A DNA stretch of 64,000 bases from Eledone cirrhosa (taxonomy: Eukaryota), in assembly GCA_964016885.1 (NCBI GenBank), contig OZ024742.1:287990001-288054000 (forward strand), given 5' to 3'. Below the pieces are notes generated by a model, which saw nothing but the letters and a program-made list of their open reading frames with translations, had not been told where the DNA came from and made no database searches. Numbering within the stretch: the stretch's first letter is position 1; each line of letters begins with the position of its first letter. This document shows positions 37,919 to 52,471 of this stretch, in pieces. The position numbers and the translations under genes are program-made.

Positions 37919-40623
37919 ATATATTCTTTGCGTTTGGAGTGTATGTAAATATAAACACCTCTAAGACAATGACACTGGATCGAGACCTTTGGCGTCTTTC
38001 AGTTGTACAGAAGACCAGACTGCCATTGCATACAAAGCTAGTCAGTAGGTACCTTTTAACCCAACGTACACCCCACCCCTACCCCACCCTCCCTCTCCCG
38101 TTCCGTCCACTGTATCGATGATACAACAGTACACACTGTTAAGTGGCCGTGTAGGAAACACGGTGAAAACGCTCCCAGTCCACAACCACTGTAAATGTGG
38201 CAGTTTTTTTTACAGCTGGATGGAGCTGTAAAAAAACCTGCCAGAGACGCTTCCGTGCGAACGAGGCATGGTCTCCCGACCATTTCCGCATCAAATGGAA
38301 CAAAACCGTCCAACCCATGCTAACGTGGAAGATGGACGTTAAACGATGATGATATATATATATGGCTTGAACAATGAAAACAAAGTGAGGTTTCATGCTT
38401 GTTTAGTTCATTATTCTATAAGCGTTTCAAAAGGTTGAATGAACCATGATATCAATATAATGACTAATCGATAGTTGTTATGTAACTCCATATTATTAGT
38501 CTTGATACAATAGGACCATCTCCCAGTTCTCGTTAGAAACAATATATACAGTAAACATTTGGGAAAAATTTGAAATGTAGCCGTCCTAACGTAAATGACT
38601 ACAATAGTCAAGCACTTTTTTATTCCATCTAAAATCTTTCCAGTCATACCAGAAATGAACGTTCTCTTTGAGCAGTTTTGTCCTTACTTCTTTATCACAT
38701 ACATTGTTGACCAGCAGGTCAGTGGTCAATGCGGCTGTATTTAGCTATTTATCTCACTTACTAGAATAATCGCCCCCGCTTACTAATTTTTCAGATTTTT
38801 TCCAACCTTCCCGCTCTTATTCCAAACCCGCCCTTCTATTATTTAGGACCAGAGAGTAGGCAAAAAAAAAAAAACTATATATATATATATATATACACAC
38901 ACTTCACTTGTAAACAATATATTTATAAACATATATATACACTTCAAAGTTTCATTTATTATTTTTGTTTCAGGTAGATTTCAAGATCGTTAGAATGTCG
39001 GACAAAATACTTTGCGACATTTAGTTACGACCCTTTACCTTCTGAGTTCAAACTGTGCCTTTCATTCATCGGGGGGGTCGCTAAATAAAGTACCAGTCAA
39101 GTACTGGGCTCGATTTAATCAACTTTATTCGCCCCTTGAAATTGCTAGCATTGTGCATACATTAGAAAACATTTTATCCAATAATAATGATATAAAATGT
39201 ATAAACAATATATAAACAGACTTACAGATACATGGAACATCCATAATTTCAAATATTCAAGACTTCTTCCCTCTCTCACTAGAAACAGCTTCAATAACTT
39301 TTAATATCTCATTTATCAAGTAAAATGTTTCAAATCAATAAATTTACGCTAAAACAATGTTATTTTAATCCTTACTTCGGGCATGTGTGTGCAATATACA
39401 TATATTAACAATTATTTTTTTTATGTCGTATTGTGTTCTGCTCGGAAAGATTTGAGGAACAATGATACGGTAGATAACTAATATATAGTGGTCAGAAACT
39501 CCCAGGAGAGCTGGACAGCAGGTTTTCAGAGAAGAAACCCCTCTCAAACGAGTGTTTCGGCCCTTAATAGTAGATAAATACAACTATTATTGTATGATTT
39601 TATATTGCACAATACATAGATTATTTTGCAGATGGATGGGATTACATTTAGTCAGTGGTTATAATTTTATATAACATCAATTGATGGATGGCAGCCGGTA
39701 GATAATATCCGGTTGAGCATGCGTATGATGAAGGATCTATAGCGAGCAGACTTTTGGACGCAACACATACACATTAAACACAACATACACACACTCATTA
39801 AACACAACACACGCCTGTGAGATGCTCAGATACTTGCATGTTGATCGGAACAGACGGAGGTCAAACACACAGACAATTTGATACATATAATAATAAGTAT
39901 ACTAGAGTCTATCAGCCTCCTTTTTGCCCCTCCCATTCTTCTTCGACCCTAGAGCCCTTCCCTTCATTTTTCGTTTTTTTTAATCTGAGGTGTTGTTGTT
40001 ATTTGAAATAGATTTGTTTACGATTTTTTTATTTCATTGATAAAACATATTTAGCTGATAGATTATTCTGTATACATCAACTCGGTAACAGTAATACAAC
40101 CACATGTGTTGCAAGTGAAAACCAGACTACCCACCTTTTTCTCTACGTTGACCTACGTATTATCAGCTGACCAATGAAAATCGAATATTTCGACTTTGCA
40201 TCTTTACTCCGTTTACCCATTCATTTTTTAAATTCTGTATTTTTTACTCATTCATCTTTTTCATTCCGTATCTTCCTCATGGAAATAGAAATTCTGAGTA
40301 GCAACCAAGGGAATTATCTCACACATATATACACACAAATATATTAAATACTATCGTATTTCAATGAGATGTTAGATTTCCGACATGAAGGTTTAACTTA
40401 GAGATACATATATACAGAGATGCATGGATTCAGACACGTATTCATAAAATACCTGTATATATACACACCAATAAACATAGACTTGCATATTTAAATATTT
40501 TATTACAGTTGTATTAATTTACAGTAGAATAACGTTGCAAATATGTTCTAAATATATACATAAATAACAACAAATATATGAACTGAAATGATAAAGTAAA
40601 GAAAACACCTCGCACCTTGGAGG

Positions 40624-42200
40624 TTAATTGTACACTTTCAGGCAAACCAACACGCTCGCAGCATTACCACGGGTAATGGCGAGGCTAAGGCGCTGAAATA
40701 ACCAGGCAACCTCACTGGCATCACCTGACACCTCAGTAAGGCGAGCTGCCAGTGAAGACAAGAACTTCGCTGTCAGCGGCTCAATTCCACCGAACGTCTC
40801 GCACACCACAGGCTGGAAAAGGTAATTGTTTGAAGTCCTGGTATTTCCGAATTTTCTTCCGTTCGGCAGCGACCCCCGCAATCACCGCGGCGTCCATAAT
40901 GGGGGGGGGGGGTCAATGACTGTGACATCCCAGAGGAGGCATCTACCTCTCACCCAGGGACAAAGAGTAAGGCCGTCTGGTCTCTTCCCATCACATCTGG
41001 ATAAACCAGCCGGCTCCAGAACTGTGGAGATATTAACCGGAGCCAGGGCTCGTTTGATGATCAAGTTTTGCTTGGGCAACGCAGCCTGATCGCGGGACTC
41101 TGGGGAGAGTCTGACATTGACCAAATACTCGAGTCTCTCGAAGATTAGATCGTCGAAGCGTTGGAGGCAGGACGGAAATCTGTGAGAAGGGCTGACCCTG
41201 AACATATATAGAAGCTTGGGTATCGAAAGGTGGTCTCTGAGTATGAAAAAACCTTAATGGGTTTCGATTACTTCAATATTCTTCAGCAACTGCTCAAGGC
41301 CAACCATCTTCGATTGGAAGATTGACTCGAAGGCAACGTCTTTAATTGGGGCTCCTAATGAGCACCAAACCGACGTGAGAGGGACCGCAATGGAAGGGGA
41401 GGACTCTGTAAACAGGTCAATCGTCTGTTGATGTTGAGAAACTGGTTGGTTGAGGATCCAGAACTCATATTTGGAGCTATTGACCTGGAGACCCCGACGG
41501 CCAAGCTCCTCAACCATTTTGTTAGCAGTGGCGAGAACCTTATCCGGAGTTCCCCGCAAACAAGCGTCATCGAGATACCAGACATTGAGGTCCAACTCAA
41601 CCCCCATCTTTTGGGATGTCATCAATGTCTAGTGCAAACTATTGGACTCCTGATTCAGAGGTGATAATTTGGTCACCAGAGAGGTAGGCGGGCTCCCGAT
41701 AAGCCTGCCAAGCAAAGTGGTAGAGTTGTGGGACCTTCTCTCTTACTGAGCTGAGGACGACATCGCAGCTGAAAGATTTGAACGCGTTCTTGAGGTCAAG
41801 TTTGAGGATGACCCTGGGGGACAAGGAGGGCAAGTTAGTAAAGGTTCTGGTAGCGTGAGCAGCACCCTCACATCCCAGCTTGGTACCCACCCCTAGCTGG
41901 ATGGGGGGAAATTGCTCTGCAAGTGAGTCGGAGACCGATAGCAAACACACCTTTTCAGTGAGACGGCGAAGGGTGCAACCAAACGCAATGGGGCGTAGGT
42001 CTCCGAATAATTTCGCACCGAAGAATAGTGGACGAATATAGGGGAGAACGTTCACTGAAGAGAACTGATTCACAAAAACTGAGTCAGACTGTCCAAGAGC
42101 TTGAGTCTGGTGTCACCGGCCAATAAGGAGATACCATCCTTGGGGTGTTGAGGTCGAAGGCCGTCAATCCCCACGTCTGATGAAATCGCCTTTCTGATGT
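40624..42200 (-). pseudogene. CRE-clade non-LTR retrotransposon remnant (RT + RLE)
   Basis: RPIAFGCTLRRL, QLGVG..GCE, KLDLKNAF, SGVQ, WYLDD, KRPDGLTLCPW..GRCLLWDVTV, ETFGG, FQRLSLAITRGNA. Frameshifts and deletions. Confidence 0.85.
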
Positions 42201-42553
42201 TATCAGTTGTGTAGACCGATCTCGAGTATTCTGGTGGTTCGAGCCAGTGTAACTGATCATCTGGGTCGTTTATCTGGAAATATACAACGCAGTTATTAAT
42301 AAGAAGAGCTGAAATTAATGCATATAAGATTACACAGTTCTAGCATCACTCTTTCATAATCAGCCTATGAAGGTTTCACCCTCGTGTATAATATATACAG
42401 TAGAACCTCGGTTCACAAACTTAATTCGTTCCTGAAGGTCGTTGGTAAACCGAAACTATTTTTTTCCATACCAAATGTTGAGATCGATCAGCTCAGGATA
42501 CAATCAAAATGACGGGGCCGACTATTTTCGACATCTCATCAGATATGTGAGTT

Positions 42554-42588
<35 letters not shown>

Positions 42589-44039
42589 ATGGTTGGCGTT
42601 AGGGAGGGCATCCAGCTGTAGAAATCTTGCCAGAAACAGTTCTATATGAGTAAGACACGGTCACCTGACCCAACTTGCCTCAAATGGAACAACCCGTCTA
42701 ACCCATGCTAGCGTGGAAAGTGGACGTTAAACGATGATGCTGACGAAGAGTAGTGTATTTATAAATTTACTCAAAACAGCAGAAAGCACACACCCACCTC
42801 TGCGTTGCAATATATCTTATCACATGACCTAAACTTACCAATGAAAATCCAACAATTCAGTTTCCGTTGTTTATATATTCCAGAGAGGAAATAGTTTATT
42901 ATAATGATTTAAAATAGATAAATCTTAATTAATACATCAACACAGGACAGATCTGTGTAGTTTCTGTCTACCTATTGCATTGATTACCAGTAAATATTTA
43001 TTTATTATTTGTATACAAGACAGTTGAGGCCTTGTAAATATTTGTTTCTACATAGGACAGTTGTTTCCCAGTACATTTATTATTTCCACATAAGTCAAGT
43101 TCCCTAGTATTTAATCCCACCTACGATATATAATATATATGTATCTATAACATATTATATTTATGTCCATCAACAATAGCTTCACGAAAAGAAGCTACAA
43201 CAATTGTGAGGTAACGAAAGATAAAAAACCAAGACACTTTCCACCAATTCAACTGTTATTATTTACTCAACGATATATTGTTGGAGGTAATTTTTGTTGA
43301 TGTCTTTTTCGTTTAGTCGTCTTCTATGTTCATCGATATAATTAATGTTTTGATTTTTGTTTAATCTATTATAATCTAAACTATAGATTAACATAGCTAG
43401 CACTGCTTCCCGACGATGACCGGATATTTTATGAAAGTAACAATATATTTTAGCACATATTTGATGATCAAAATGAGATCTCTGAACATTTTCACTTAAA
43501 GTAGAATTACAACAATTTCCTTGGTCACTTACTCAATGCAAAGAATCAAAATAAACAATATTGTTGGTTTTGTCTGATGGTGTTGTGATGAAAAGACAGA
43601 CTGTTCACATGGCCAGCTCAAACATTTGTGATACCAAACTGCCCTAAGTCGCCTCTGATTCTATCATACAAAGTGTTTATGTTTACATTTAAGCCTTTCA
43701 TCATAATTTTATATAAGAACATTTTATTGTTTCAAACATCAGCTTAAAAATGCGGAAGTTAGTTGGGCTACTAAATCTTTCAAATACTTGATTATTTTCA
43801 AAATTCTTTGAACATCATGAGCAAAGTATTTCGTTAGAGATATGGGAATGAAAGGGTTAAAAATTGTTCTTGATTTCCCCATTTTGAAGCATTTACTTAT
43901 TCGTTTCAGTAATTCATGAAAACTAAGTTAGATTTGGAAGATTTCACTGCTATTTCTAACGGGTCTAACAATGATCAAACTGGAACATAACATAGTCGTA
44001 TTTTCAATATAACTTGTTTGAAAGAAAATCTGTTCTCTA

Positions 44040-44114
<75 letters not shown>

Positions 44115-45790
44115 TGTTGAAATCCAAACGCTTCGATGAATCGTAAGATATATATATAAGATCCTTAAGTATGAAATGTCCGATTTCCTTATCTACTTTC
44201 AATTTGAAATCGGACATTTCATACTTAATGACCTGATGTGTGTGTGTGCACAGACATGACAGTAAAGTAAGATTCGAGAGTGGTTTAGCTACTACTTCTA
44301 GCAGGTCGAGACATGATATGGCTACCGTGTTTTTGATTTTTAATTGGCATATATATAACATTTCGTTAATAGGCGAATCGCCTCGTCTGTTGTCAGTTAA
44401 AGGGGAAACCAAGACACCTGAAGACTATTTTGGGGAAAAAAATGTTGATCGTTCTCTAACAACGGTGTAATGTGTCTGTTGCTTGCCCTCCACCCACTCC
44501 CCCGTCTCTCTGTCACCCTCTGCAACCCACAGACAAGTTGGTGAAAGCATTGCGTCACCCACAGCCTGCAGCATCCACTGCATCAACCACTCCACCTCAT
44601 GAGGCTCCTTCCTCTGGCGGGATTTTTGCAGAGGAAAATGGCAGTTTAACGACTGTAGATACCAGAGGTTTAGATGGTGACCAGCACGTAAATGAAGTGG
44701 TTGATTAAGTCCTGGTATTTAATAATTTCAAGATCAAATTACCAAATTTATGAATGCAAATAATACATATTGCTGTTTTATACATATCTTAAATATGATT
44801 AGCACCCAGTCTACACTGTAAAGTGGTCATGTAGGTGTCACAACAAAAAGCACCCAGTACTCATTGTAAATGAGGTTGGCGTTAGGAAGGGCATCCAGTT
44901 GTAGAAACCAAGCCAAAATCAGTTCTATATGAGCAAGACATGGTCACCTGACCTAGCATTGCCCACAAGACAGCTCGTCTAACCCATACTGGAGTGGAAA
45001 ATTGACATAAAACTGATGATGATGATGATGATTATCACTACCTGTCCAATGAAATGGTGACTAATACTATAGATGATTTTGTTGGTGGTCATTTTCTAAT
45101 TTCTGAATAAGAAAATGGGCATACAGACAGACAATGCATATTTGTATATGCACATGTTATGCAATCTAAAGTTGTAGCTATAGTTTATCATCATTTAACG
45201 TTTGTTTTCCCTCCTAGCAAGAGTAAAACATGCCGTCACTGACCAAGTCAGTACGCTGTTGGGGACACAGATTTTGCACTCTACAGAATACACCCTGCAG
45301 TTCATTGTGGCATCAGCACTAAGGAGGTTCTATATCTTTGGCATGTTTTCTACTGTTGGATGCCCTTATCACAATTGAAGAGTCCTCTCAACCCTTTTTT
45401 AGGATGATTTGTACTGCTGGATGCCCTTCTTGTCACCAACCACCTTATAGACTTTAGATGCATTTTTCATGGCTCCTGCACTAGAGAGGTTGTCATGTCA
45501 ACAGTGAAGGGCCCTCTTAACCTTTTTTTGCATGGCCCCTTTTGAACACCAACTACTTCAAAGAGTGTTCTGGGTGCATTTTAACATATATATAATGTTA
45601 CACTACATCTGAAGGTGTAGTTTATAAATATTTAGACTTTACATAATTTAATTTTAATAACAAATCACAAAGTAGGTGTTCAATTATATAAATATTTATA
45701 TCTACAGTTTATCAATATAGAAATGTTGTAAAATGTTTACTGTTGAATCTCTACAATTTAAGTATCTTCTTTATCTTATACTGCTTCTTT

Positions 45791-45823
45791 ATTATTTCAG
45801 AATATCAGATGACATTGTCATAA
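45791..45823 (+). promoter_or_regulatory. Putative acceptor (AG 45799-45800) and uORF MTLS* (45809-45823)
   Basis: ATTATTTCAG|AATATCAG ATG ACA TTG TCA TAA. Confidence 0.65.
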
Positions 45824-46060
45824 CAGAATTATTTACTTCAGATACATCATCAATATTTATTATCTTTTAAAGACTAAAGGAAGATCTTATACAAAACAGA
45901 TATAACACTTTATATAAATCGATGTTTTAAACTTCAACAAAATTACAAATGAGTTTGAACCAATCACAATTGATTGAAATATAGCAGTATAGTTAAGTGC
46001 AAAATGTAAAGGCAAACAGAAAAATATATATCTGTATATTGTGATGAGAGGAGAAAGATT

Positions 46061-47161
46061 ATGGACAGTGAATTATGTGAAGATCAGCTTGAAACAATTA
46101 CATTACCTGAAGAGGTGTTTAAAAAAATGGGGAAAACATCATATGACTGTGATGTTTGTAAAAAGTCATTCGCAAGGAAAGGTGATCTAACTACTCACAA
46201 ACGTACTCATACAGGAGAGAAACCATATCACTGTGATGTCTGTGGTAAATCATTCTCTGAAAGCGGTAACTTAACTAAACACAAACGCATTCATACTGGA
46301 GAGAAGCCATATCACTGTGATATCTGTGGTAAATCATTCTTCCAAAGGGGTCACTTAAGTACTCATATACATATACATACAGGAGAGAAGCCATATCACT
46401 GTGGTATTTGTAGTAAATCATTCTCTGGAAAGGGAGATTTAACTAAACATGAACGTATCCATACAGGAGAAAAACCATATCATTGTGAAATCTGTGGTAA
46501 ATCATTTTCTGCAAGAAGTAATTTAATTACACACAGCCATATCCATACAGGAGAGAAGCCATATCACTGTGATATATGTGGCATATCATTCACCCAGAAT
46601 CATCACTTAACTATGCACATACGCATTCATACAGGAGAGAAACCATATCATTGTGATATATGTGGTATATCATTCTCTCGTGGGAGTGCCTTAACTATAC
46701 ACAATAGACAGATTCATACAGGAGAGAAACCTTATTGTTGTAATATCTGTGGTAAATCATTCTCTGAAACAAGTCACTTAACCAAACATGTACGTATTCA
46801 TACTGGAGAGAACCCATATCAGTGTGATATCTGTGGTAAATCATTCTCTAGAGCAGTTCATTTAACTACTCATATACGCATTCATACAGGTGAGAAGCCA
46901 TACCAGTGTGATATCTGTGGTAAATCATTCTCTCAAACAAGTCACTTAACAACTCATAAACATGTTCATACAGGAGAGAAGCCATATCAGTGTGATATCT
47001 GTAGTAAATCATTCTCTCAAACCAGTCACTTAATCATTCATAAACGCATTCATACTGGAGAGAAACCATATCACTGTGATGTCTGTGGGAAGTCATTCTC
47101 TCAGAATAGTGATGTAACTAAACACAAACGCGTTCATACAGGGAAAAAGCCATATCACTGA
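46061..47161 (+). CDS. Tandem C2H2 zinc-finger protein, 366 aa (12 fingers, acidic leader)
   Basis: 12 CxxC/HxxxH units (finger 7 is HxxxxH) with TGEKPY linkers. Confidence 0.94.
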   Translation: MDSELCEDQLETITLPEEVFKKMGKTSYDCDVCKKSFARKGDLTTHKRTHTGEKPYHCDVCGKSFSESGNLTKHKRIHTGEKPYHCDICGKSFFQRGHLSTHIHIHTGEKPYHCGICSKSFSGKGDLTKHERIHTGEKPYHCEICGKSFSARSNLITHSHIHTGEKPYHCDICGISFTQNHHLTMHIRIHTGEKPYHCDICGISFSRGSALTIHNRQIHTGEKPYCCNICGKSFSETSHLTKHVRIHTGENPYQCDICGKSFSRAVHLTTHIRIHTGEKPYQCDICGKSFSQTSHLTTHKHVHTGEKPYQCDICSKSFSQTSHLIIHKRIHTGEKPYHCDVCGKSFSQNSDVTKHKRVHTGKKPYH

Positions 47162-47247
47162 TATCTGTGGTAGATTATTCTTTAAGAAATACCACTTAAC
47201 TACATAATAAACTATGATAATAGTGAATGTGATTATTTATTTATATA

Positions 47248-48247
47248 TGTCAGAACTGGTTGGAAAAAGTTCAGAGAGCTTATACCACTATTAGCTGCTA
47301 AAGGGTTCTCCCTAAAAATGAAAGGCAGGTTGTATGAATGTGATTATTTATTTATATAGAGTCAGAACTGGTTGGAAAAAGTTCAGAGAGCTAATACCAC
47401 TATTAGCTGCTAAAGGGTTCTCCCTAAAAATGAAAGGCAGGTTGTATGATGCCTGCATACGAACAGCAATGTTGCATGGCAGTGAGACCTGGGCATTATG
47501 TGCAGAGGATATACGCAGACTAGAGAGGAACGAAGCTTGCATGCTCCGCTGGATGTGTAACAGTAATATACGTGAACGGCAAAGCATAAACGAACTAAGG
47601 AAAAAATTAGAAATAAGAGGGATCAGATGTTGTTTACTCGAGAGAAGGCTACGTTGGTATGGACACGTGATGCGCATGAAAGTCGATAGCTGTATAACAA
47701 AGTGCAGGGCAATAAAGATAGACGGTAGCCACGGAATAGGCAGACCTAGAAAAACCTGGGACGAGCTGATAAACACTTACACATCTCCAAGACAATGTCA
47801 CTGGACCGAGACCTTTGGCGGTACTCAGTAACAGAGAAGACCCGCCTTACCTAAATACATAGTAAAACCTACAGCCAGTAGGCATCTCTAACAAAATACA
47901 CCCCGTCCCACCACCCCCACCCCATCCACACCACCCCGTTCTATGTAAAGTTATGTTGGTGCCGCGCCATCCAGGCCGAAACAAATGAGATCGTGTAGGT
48001 GTCACGACAAAAAAACACACAGTCCACGCTGTAATGTGGCCGTGTAGGCAACACGGTAAAAACCTCCCAGACCCACACTGTAAATGTGGTTGGTGTTAGG
48101 AAGGGCATCCAACTGTAGGAAACCTGCCAGACAGTCCTATGCGAGCAAGACAATCACTCTTGCCTCAAGTGGGAATACCCCCGTCCAAACCCATGCAAGC
48201 GTGGAACACGGACGTTAAACGTTGATGATGATGATGATGATGATGAT
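47248..48247 (+). mobile_element. RTE-clade LINE 3' fragment just downstream of the ZNF stop
   Basis: [32 protein letters not shown] with a (GAT)n tail. The 5' junction is duplicated. Confidence 0.88.
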
Positions 48248-49276
48248 ATGTATGCAAAAGGCAAAAGAAATAATAAAGCAAATGACACAGTACAATAAAG
48301 AAATATATTAGTTTTACGCTTGATATATTAGGAAAAGAATCTTAACATTTCGGATGCTAGTCCTTCATCAGAAAATAGAATGAGAAATTAAAAAAAAATA
48401 GAAAGAATGAGGAGACAGTAAAAAAAGTTTCATAGGAAAAACTTACAGGTTCATTTATGTCGCCATCTCTAGGAAAACTGCTGCTGTTTTGTGTAAGGTA
48501 AAATTGTTTTGAAATGTGATGATCAAGCGCGTCTATCTAAAAAGGAAAAAAATGTCTTGTATATAGAGCTCTATGTATTCACATGCATATACAAATGTGT
48601 GTGTTTGTTTCTATACATCCGTACAAAACTAAGGATATGCATGTGTATATGTAAGTAAAAGAGTGTGTATATGTGTTTGTAAGTATGAAGTTGTGAACAA
48701 ATGTGTGTGTGTTAGTTGTTGGTCCATACAGATCTGTGAAGGTAAATGTAGAGGTGTGTGTTTCTGACCATAACAGAGCCATAGAAACCTAGTGGGTGAA
48801 TATATGTATGTGTGGGTGACAACAGATAAAGTAAGGGTGACTGGCTAGGAGTAGAGAAATAAGTACGAGTGTGTAAGGGGGATGACTGAGGAAGGAAGGT
48901 GGTGGTGATAAAACTAGAAAACAGCAGCGAATGTTCTAAGATTTGCTACACTTGTATGAGTATATGTAGTGAATTGGCCACACCCATTGGCTATTATTAT
49001 TGTGTTAGTGTTTATGTGTTTATATACTCATATATATAAATATATACATGTACACACCAAAATATCTTCGTTATCTATGTTAGTTGCAGATAGTTTTTTC
49101 ACAAAACATTTTTTAATAAAAGAATTATTAAACTAAAAACTTTGTTTTGTACCCTTTTTATATATATAAAATATTAAAATAATCTGTCAGTTTTGACGGC
49201 ACAGGGCCAGCTAATTATATATATATATATTTAACTACACACACATTACCAACACTACCTCCACAAACAGCATATA

Positions 49277-49588
49277 CAGTTGTCTCCCAGTATTCGTGGG
49301 GGTTACATTCCTAGAGCACCCATGAAGAGTGAAAAACTACGAATATTAGATGTGGTCCATAAAAATGCCTATAAACGTCAAAATATAACGTAAAATATAG
49401 GCCAGCAAATACAGTATATTATTATCAATAATTTAGTGTTAAAAAGTGTGAAAATATATATATTGCCACGAAAAAAAACATTAAAAAATCATGGAAGATA
49501 TTTACGATTCTGTGAATATGAGGTGGTTTTCACGAACAATTATTAGATAGGTTCTATGGAAAATTCTGTAAATGCCGAGGGTACACTG
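49277..49588. mobile_element. Tigger/pogo-like MITE
   Basis: TA|CAGTTGTCTCCCAGTATT...AATGCCGAGGGTACACTG|TA: imperfect TIRs with TA flanks. Confidence 0.6.
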
Positions 49589-51026
49589 TACACGCACAAA
49601 CTGACACAAACGCATCCGCCATCCACTCCATCACTTAATCACCACCACCACACCATCCATACCATTTACCCTGGCAGCTCCCACTTAGTCACACCAATTC
49701 TCTCTTGCATACCCAGCACATTATCTATCTACTCCCTCACCCAGTACACACTCCTTCAACTTCTGTCCCCTAAAATCTATTTGACCGCTATAACCATAAC
49801 ACCCCCCCCACCCCACCCCCTAATCCTCTTAGAACTCTGCCACCACACACATCCTGTTGCTACCACTCACCCACAATTCCTTTTTCCTCCACTTCAGACA
49901 TGGCTACCATATACACCGGACTTACTATCTTACACCCTACTAGATATGAAAACCCACCCCACATCATCTGTACACACATACACTATGTTTAACCACACAA
50001 TACACACCAATAACTACATATTCCTGCCAAACACACATGCACAAGTGCTTACACAAATCCCAAACAAGCATGGATCTATGAATATACGTGTGTATGTGTC
50101 TGTACACATACGTGTATATTTGTGTGCATATTCATGCATGTGGCGACATTCATACACACACACTTCCACCAATAACACATCTAACACCTGCATATGCACC
50201 CTACCTACACATCTGCACCCCTCCATGCCAGACCACTCCCCCACCCATCATAACTTCTCTCCCCTCGCCTTTTTTATTTTCTCTGCATTTTTTCCTCTTT
50301 TATTGTCTTTATTCTACTCTCAACTGTTATTCCTGATGAAGGACAAATCCCTGACACATTGACTGTTTAACTCTTTCTTTTAAGTGTGAGACTAATAAGA
50401 CTTTGTTACTGCATCCTCTGATCTGTTTATTTCATCTATACTTGATTTATATATATATATATATAAATCAGCATGGAATCAGTTTGAAACTGGTTACACT
50501 ATTACTGAACAGAGTACTCCATACTTGGGGTAGTAGAGTATGGATACATTATAAAGAGTTGGGACCCCAACAGCTGAGCTCTTGCCGTTTAAGCAGCTAA
50601 TTCCAGGACATAATGGAACATCCCAGTCAGACACCTCTTAAAATACCTGCATATGTCACAAAACAGTCATTTGACTGCAACCTCACCCCCACCATATGTA
50701 TGGTTATCCAACACCTCTTTGTTATCCAATACCCTTTGTGATATCATCGATTGCCTTTTGAAATATTGCTGATGATGTTGATAATCCAAATGGTAAGAAA
50801 TTAAATTGAAATGACTCAAAGAGTGATTTATAGTTGTAAACTGGCTTGATTCCTTGCCCAACAGCAGGGAGAGACTTGACATTTGACCATTCATCTGTTC
50901 TGATTCCTTGTCTATTTGGCTTCTGAGACTTTCTCTTTGGTAGGTGATCAGTTCCCTGAAGTTTGGATTGCGTATGGTTAGGTTGAAGGCATCATAAAAC
51001 TCCACAAGTGAGAATTACAGGTGTAC

Positions 51027-51216
51027 AGAGGAGCTGGAAGATAAATTAAATAAAATGAATTCATCCACAACTATAGACTTGAAGAATGCATTCCTACAGA
51101 GCTGCTATTGGACAAGGAATCAAGCCAGTTTACCACCATAGAATGCATTCTTCAAGTCTATAGTTGAGTATATTGTGGATGAATTCATTTTATTTAACTT
51201 ATCTTCTGGCTCCTCT
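51027..51216. repeat. Fold-back made from a Gypsy-like RT remnant
   Basis: ~65-bp inverted arms. Translates TTIDLKNAF / LLLDKESSQFTTI. A second inverted piece lies near 50830-50868. Confidence 0.55.
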
Positions 51217-52471
51217 GTTGTTCACCTATAACTGTAATTCTGTAAATCCTTATTAAAAGTGATTTTGTAGTTGCGACAGATCCTAAGAGTCACACCATTG
51301 CACTTCATTGGTGTCACAATCGATGTTGCCCATTCAGATTAACAAACAGAAAGTCACAGAAGCCAAATAGACTGTATCTTCGCCAGGAAACAGAACAGAT
51401 GAATGGTCATAAATGCCAAGTCTCTTCCTTGTGAAGAATATACTTCCCAACATGAATTGATTGTCAGTGACTTTAGAGAAAGGGCTAGGCAGATACAGAT
51501 AAAAACAAATCTGGAGAAGGAAGACATGGAAATTGGGGATCTTCAGCTCACAACAGGTTCAGGGAAATCCTACATGACCACTGTACAGTGTGGACTGGAC
51601 GCTTTTTGTCGTGACACCTTCACAACTACTTCATAAATAACAAAATATCTCAAATGTAGATTTTTTTTATTTATTCAGTCAATATAAACAAAAATAAATA
51701 CTATAGGAATTACATTTCAATAGTGTTAGGGTCCTTTACAGTACCCTTCCTTCACTGACTAAGTATGTGTCTATGTATGCACATGTATATATATCATGAA
51801 GAGGTGTAACTTATTGGTTAGGGGGTTTGACTTAAGATCATGAGTTTTATTCCCTGTGGAACGTTGTGTCCTTGAGAAAGGCAATGTATTTCACTTTGCT
51901 CCAGTTGATTTACCTAGAAAAAAAATTAGTTGTACCTGTAATTCAAAGGGCCTGCCATGTGTTTATGGAATACTCAGTCACTGACCAAGGTCAACTTTGC
52001 TATTCATCCTTTTAAAAGTTGATAAATAAAGTACCAGTTCGGAGAGTGGATTCAAATATTCACCCACAATATTAATCCAATATTATATGATCTCCTTACT
52101 GGAGATATATTAAATGGAATATATATAAGTATTCTGAAAGTATATTTTTATTAAAAATATTCAGTGGTTAATTTCACCAATATTGATATATTTGTGATTG
52201 ATTATATAAAATATCGCATTGTGAGGTTTTCATCACATGCTATCTTGTGTGATTATATTTTGTATAGAATGACTTTTCACATTGATAACATTACGCCGCT
52301 GTATAAATACATACATGTGTAGTTGAGTGGTGTATATGAACACATTTATTAGAAATCAAGTGACCAGCTACAGAGAATAATTTATCAGACATTACAATGA
52401 TTTGGCTTCTCACTTGCTTGAATATCTTTGTGTTTAATGATGTGGTGTCTTGAAAAATAATTTACCAAACA

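Larger units (their letters stand above)
34310..39985 (-). repeat. Right arm of the large inverted segmental duplication
   Basis: Reverse-complement blocks of 20470-29400 with arm-specific insertions. Confidence 0.9.

Noticed and set aside
47159-47161. TGA at a Cys position as selenocysteine or readthrough
   Set aside because: It arises from a 2-bp deletion, and the downstream finger is out of frame
49556-50362. 268-aa His/Thr/Pro-rich ORF
   Set aside because: CA-rich low-complexity sequence starting inside a MITE, with no domain
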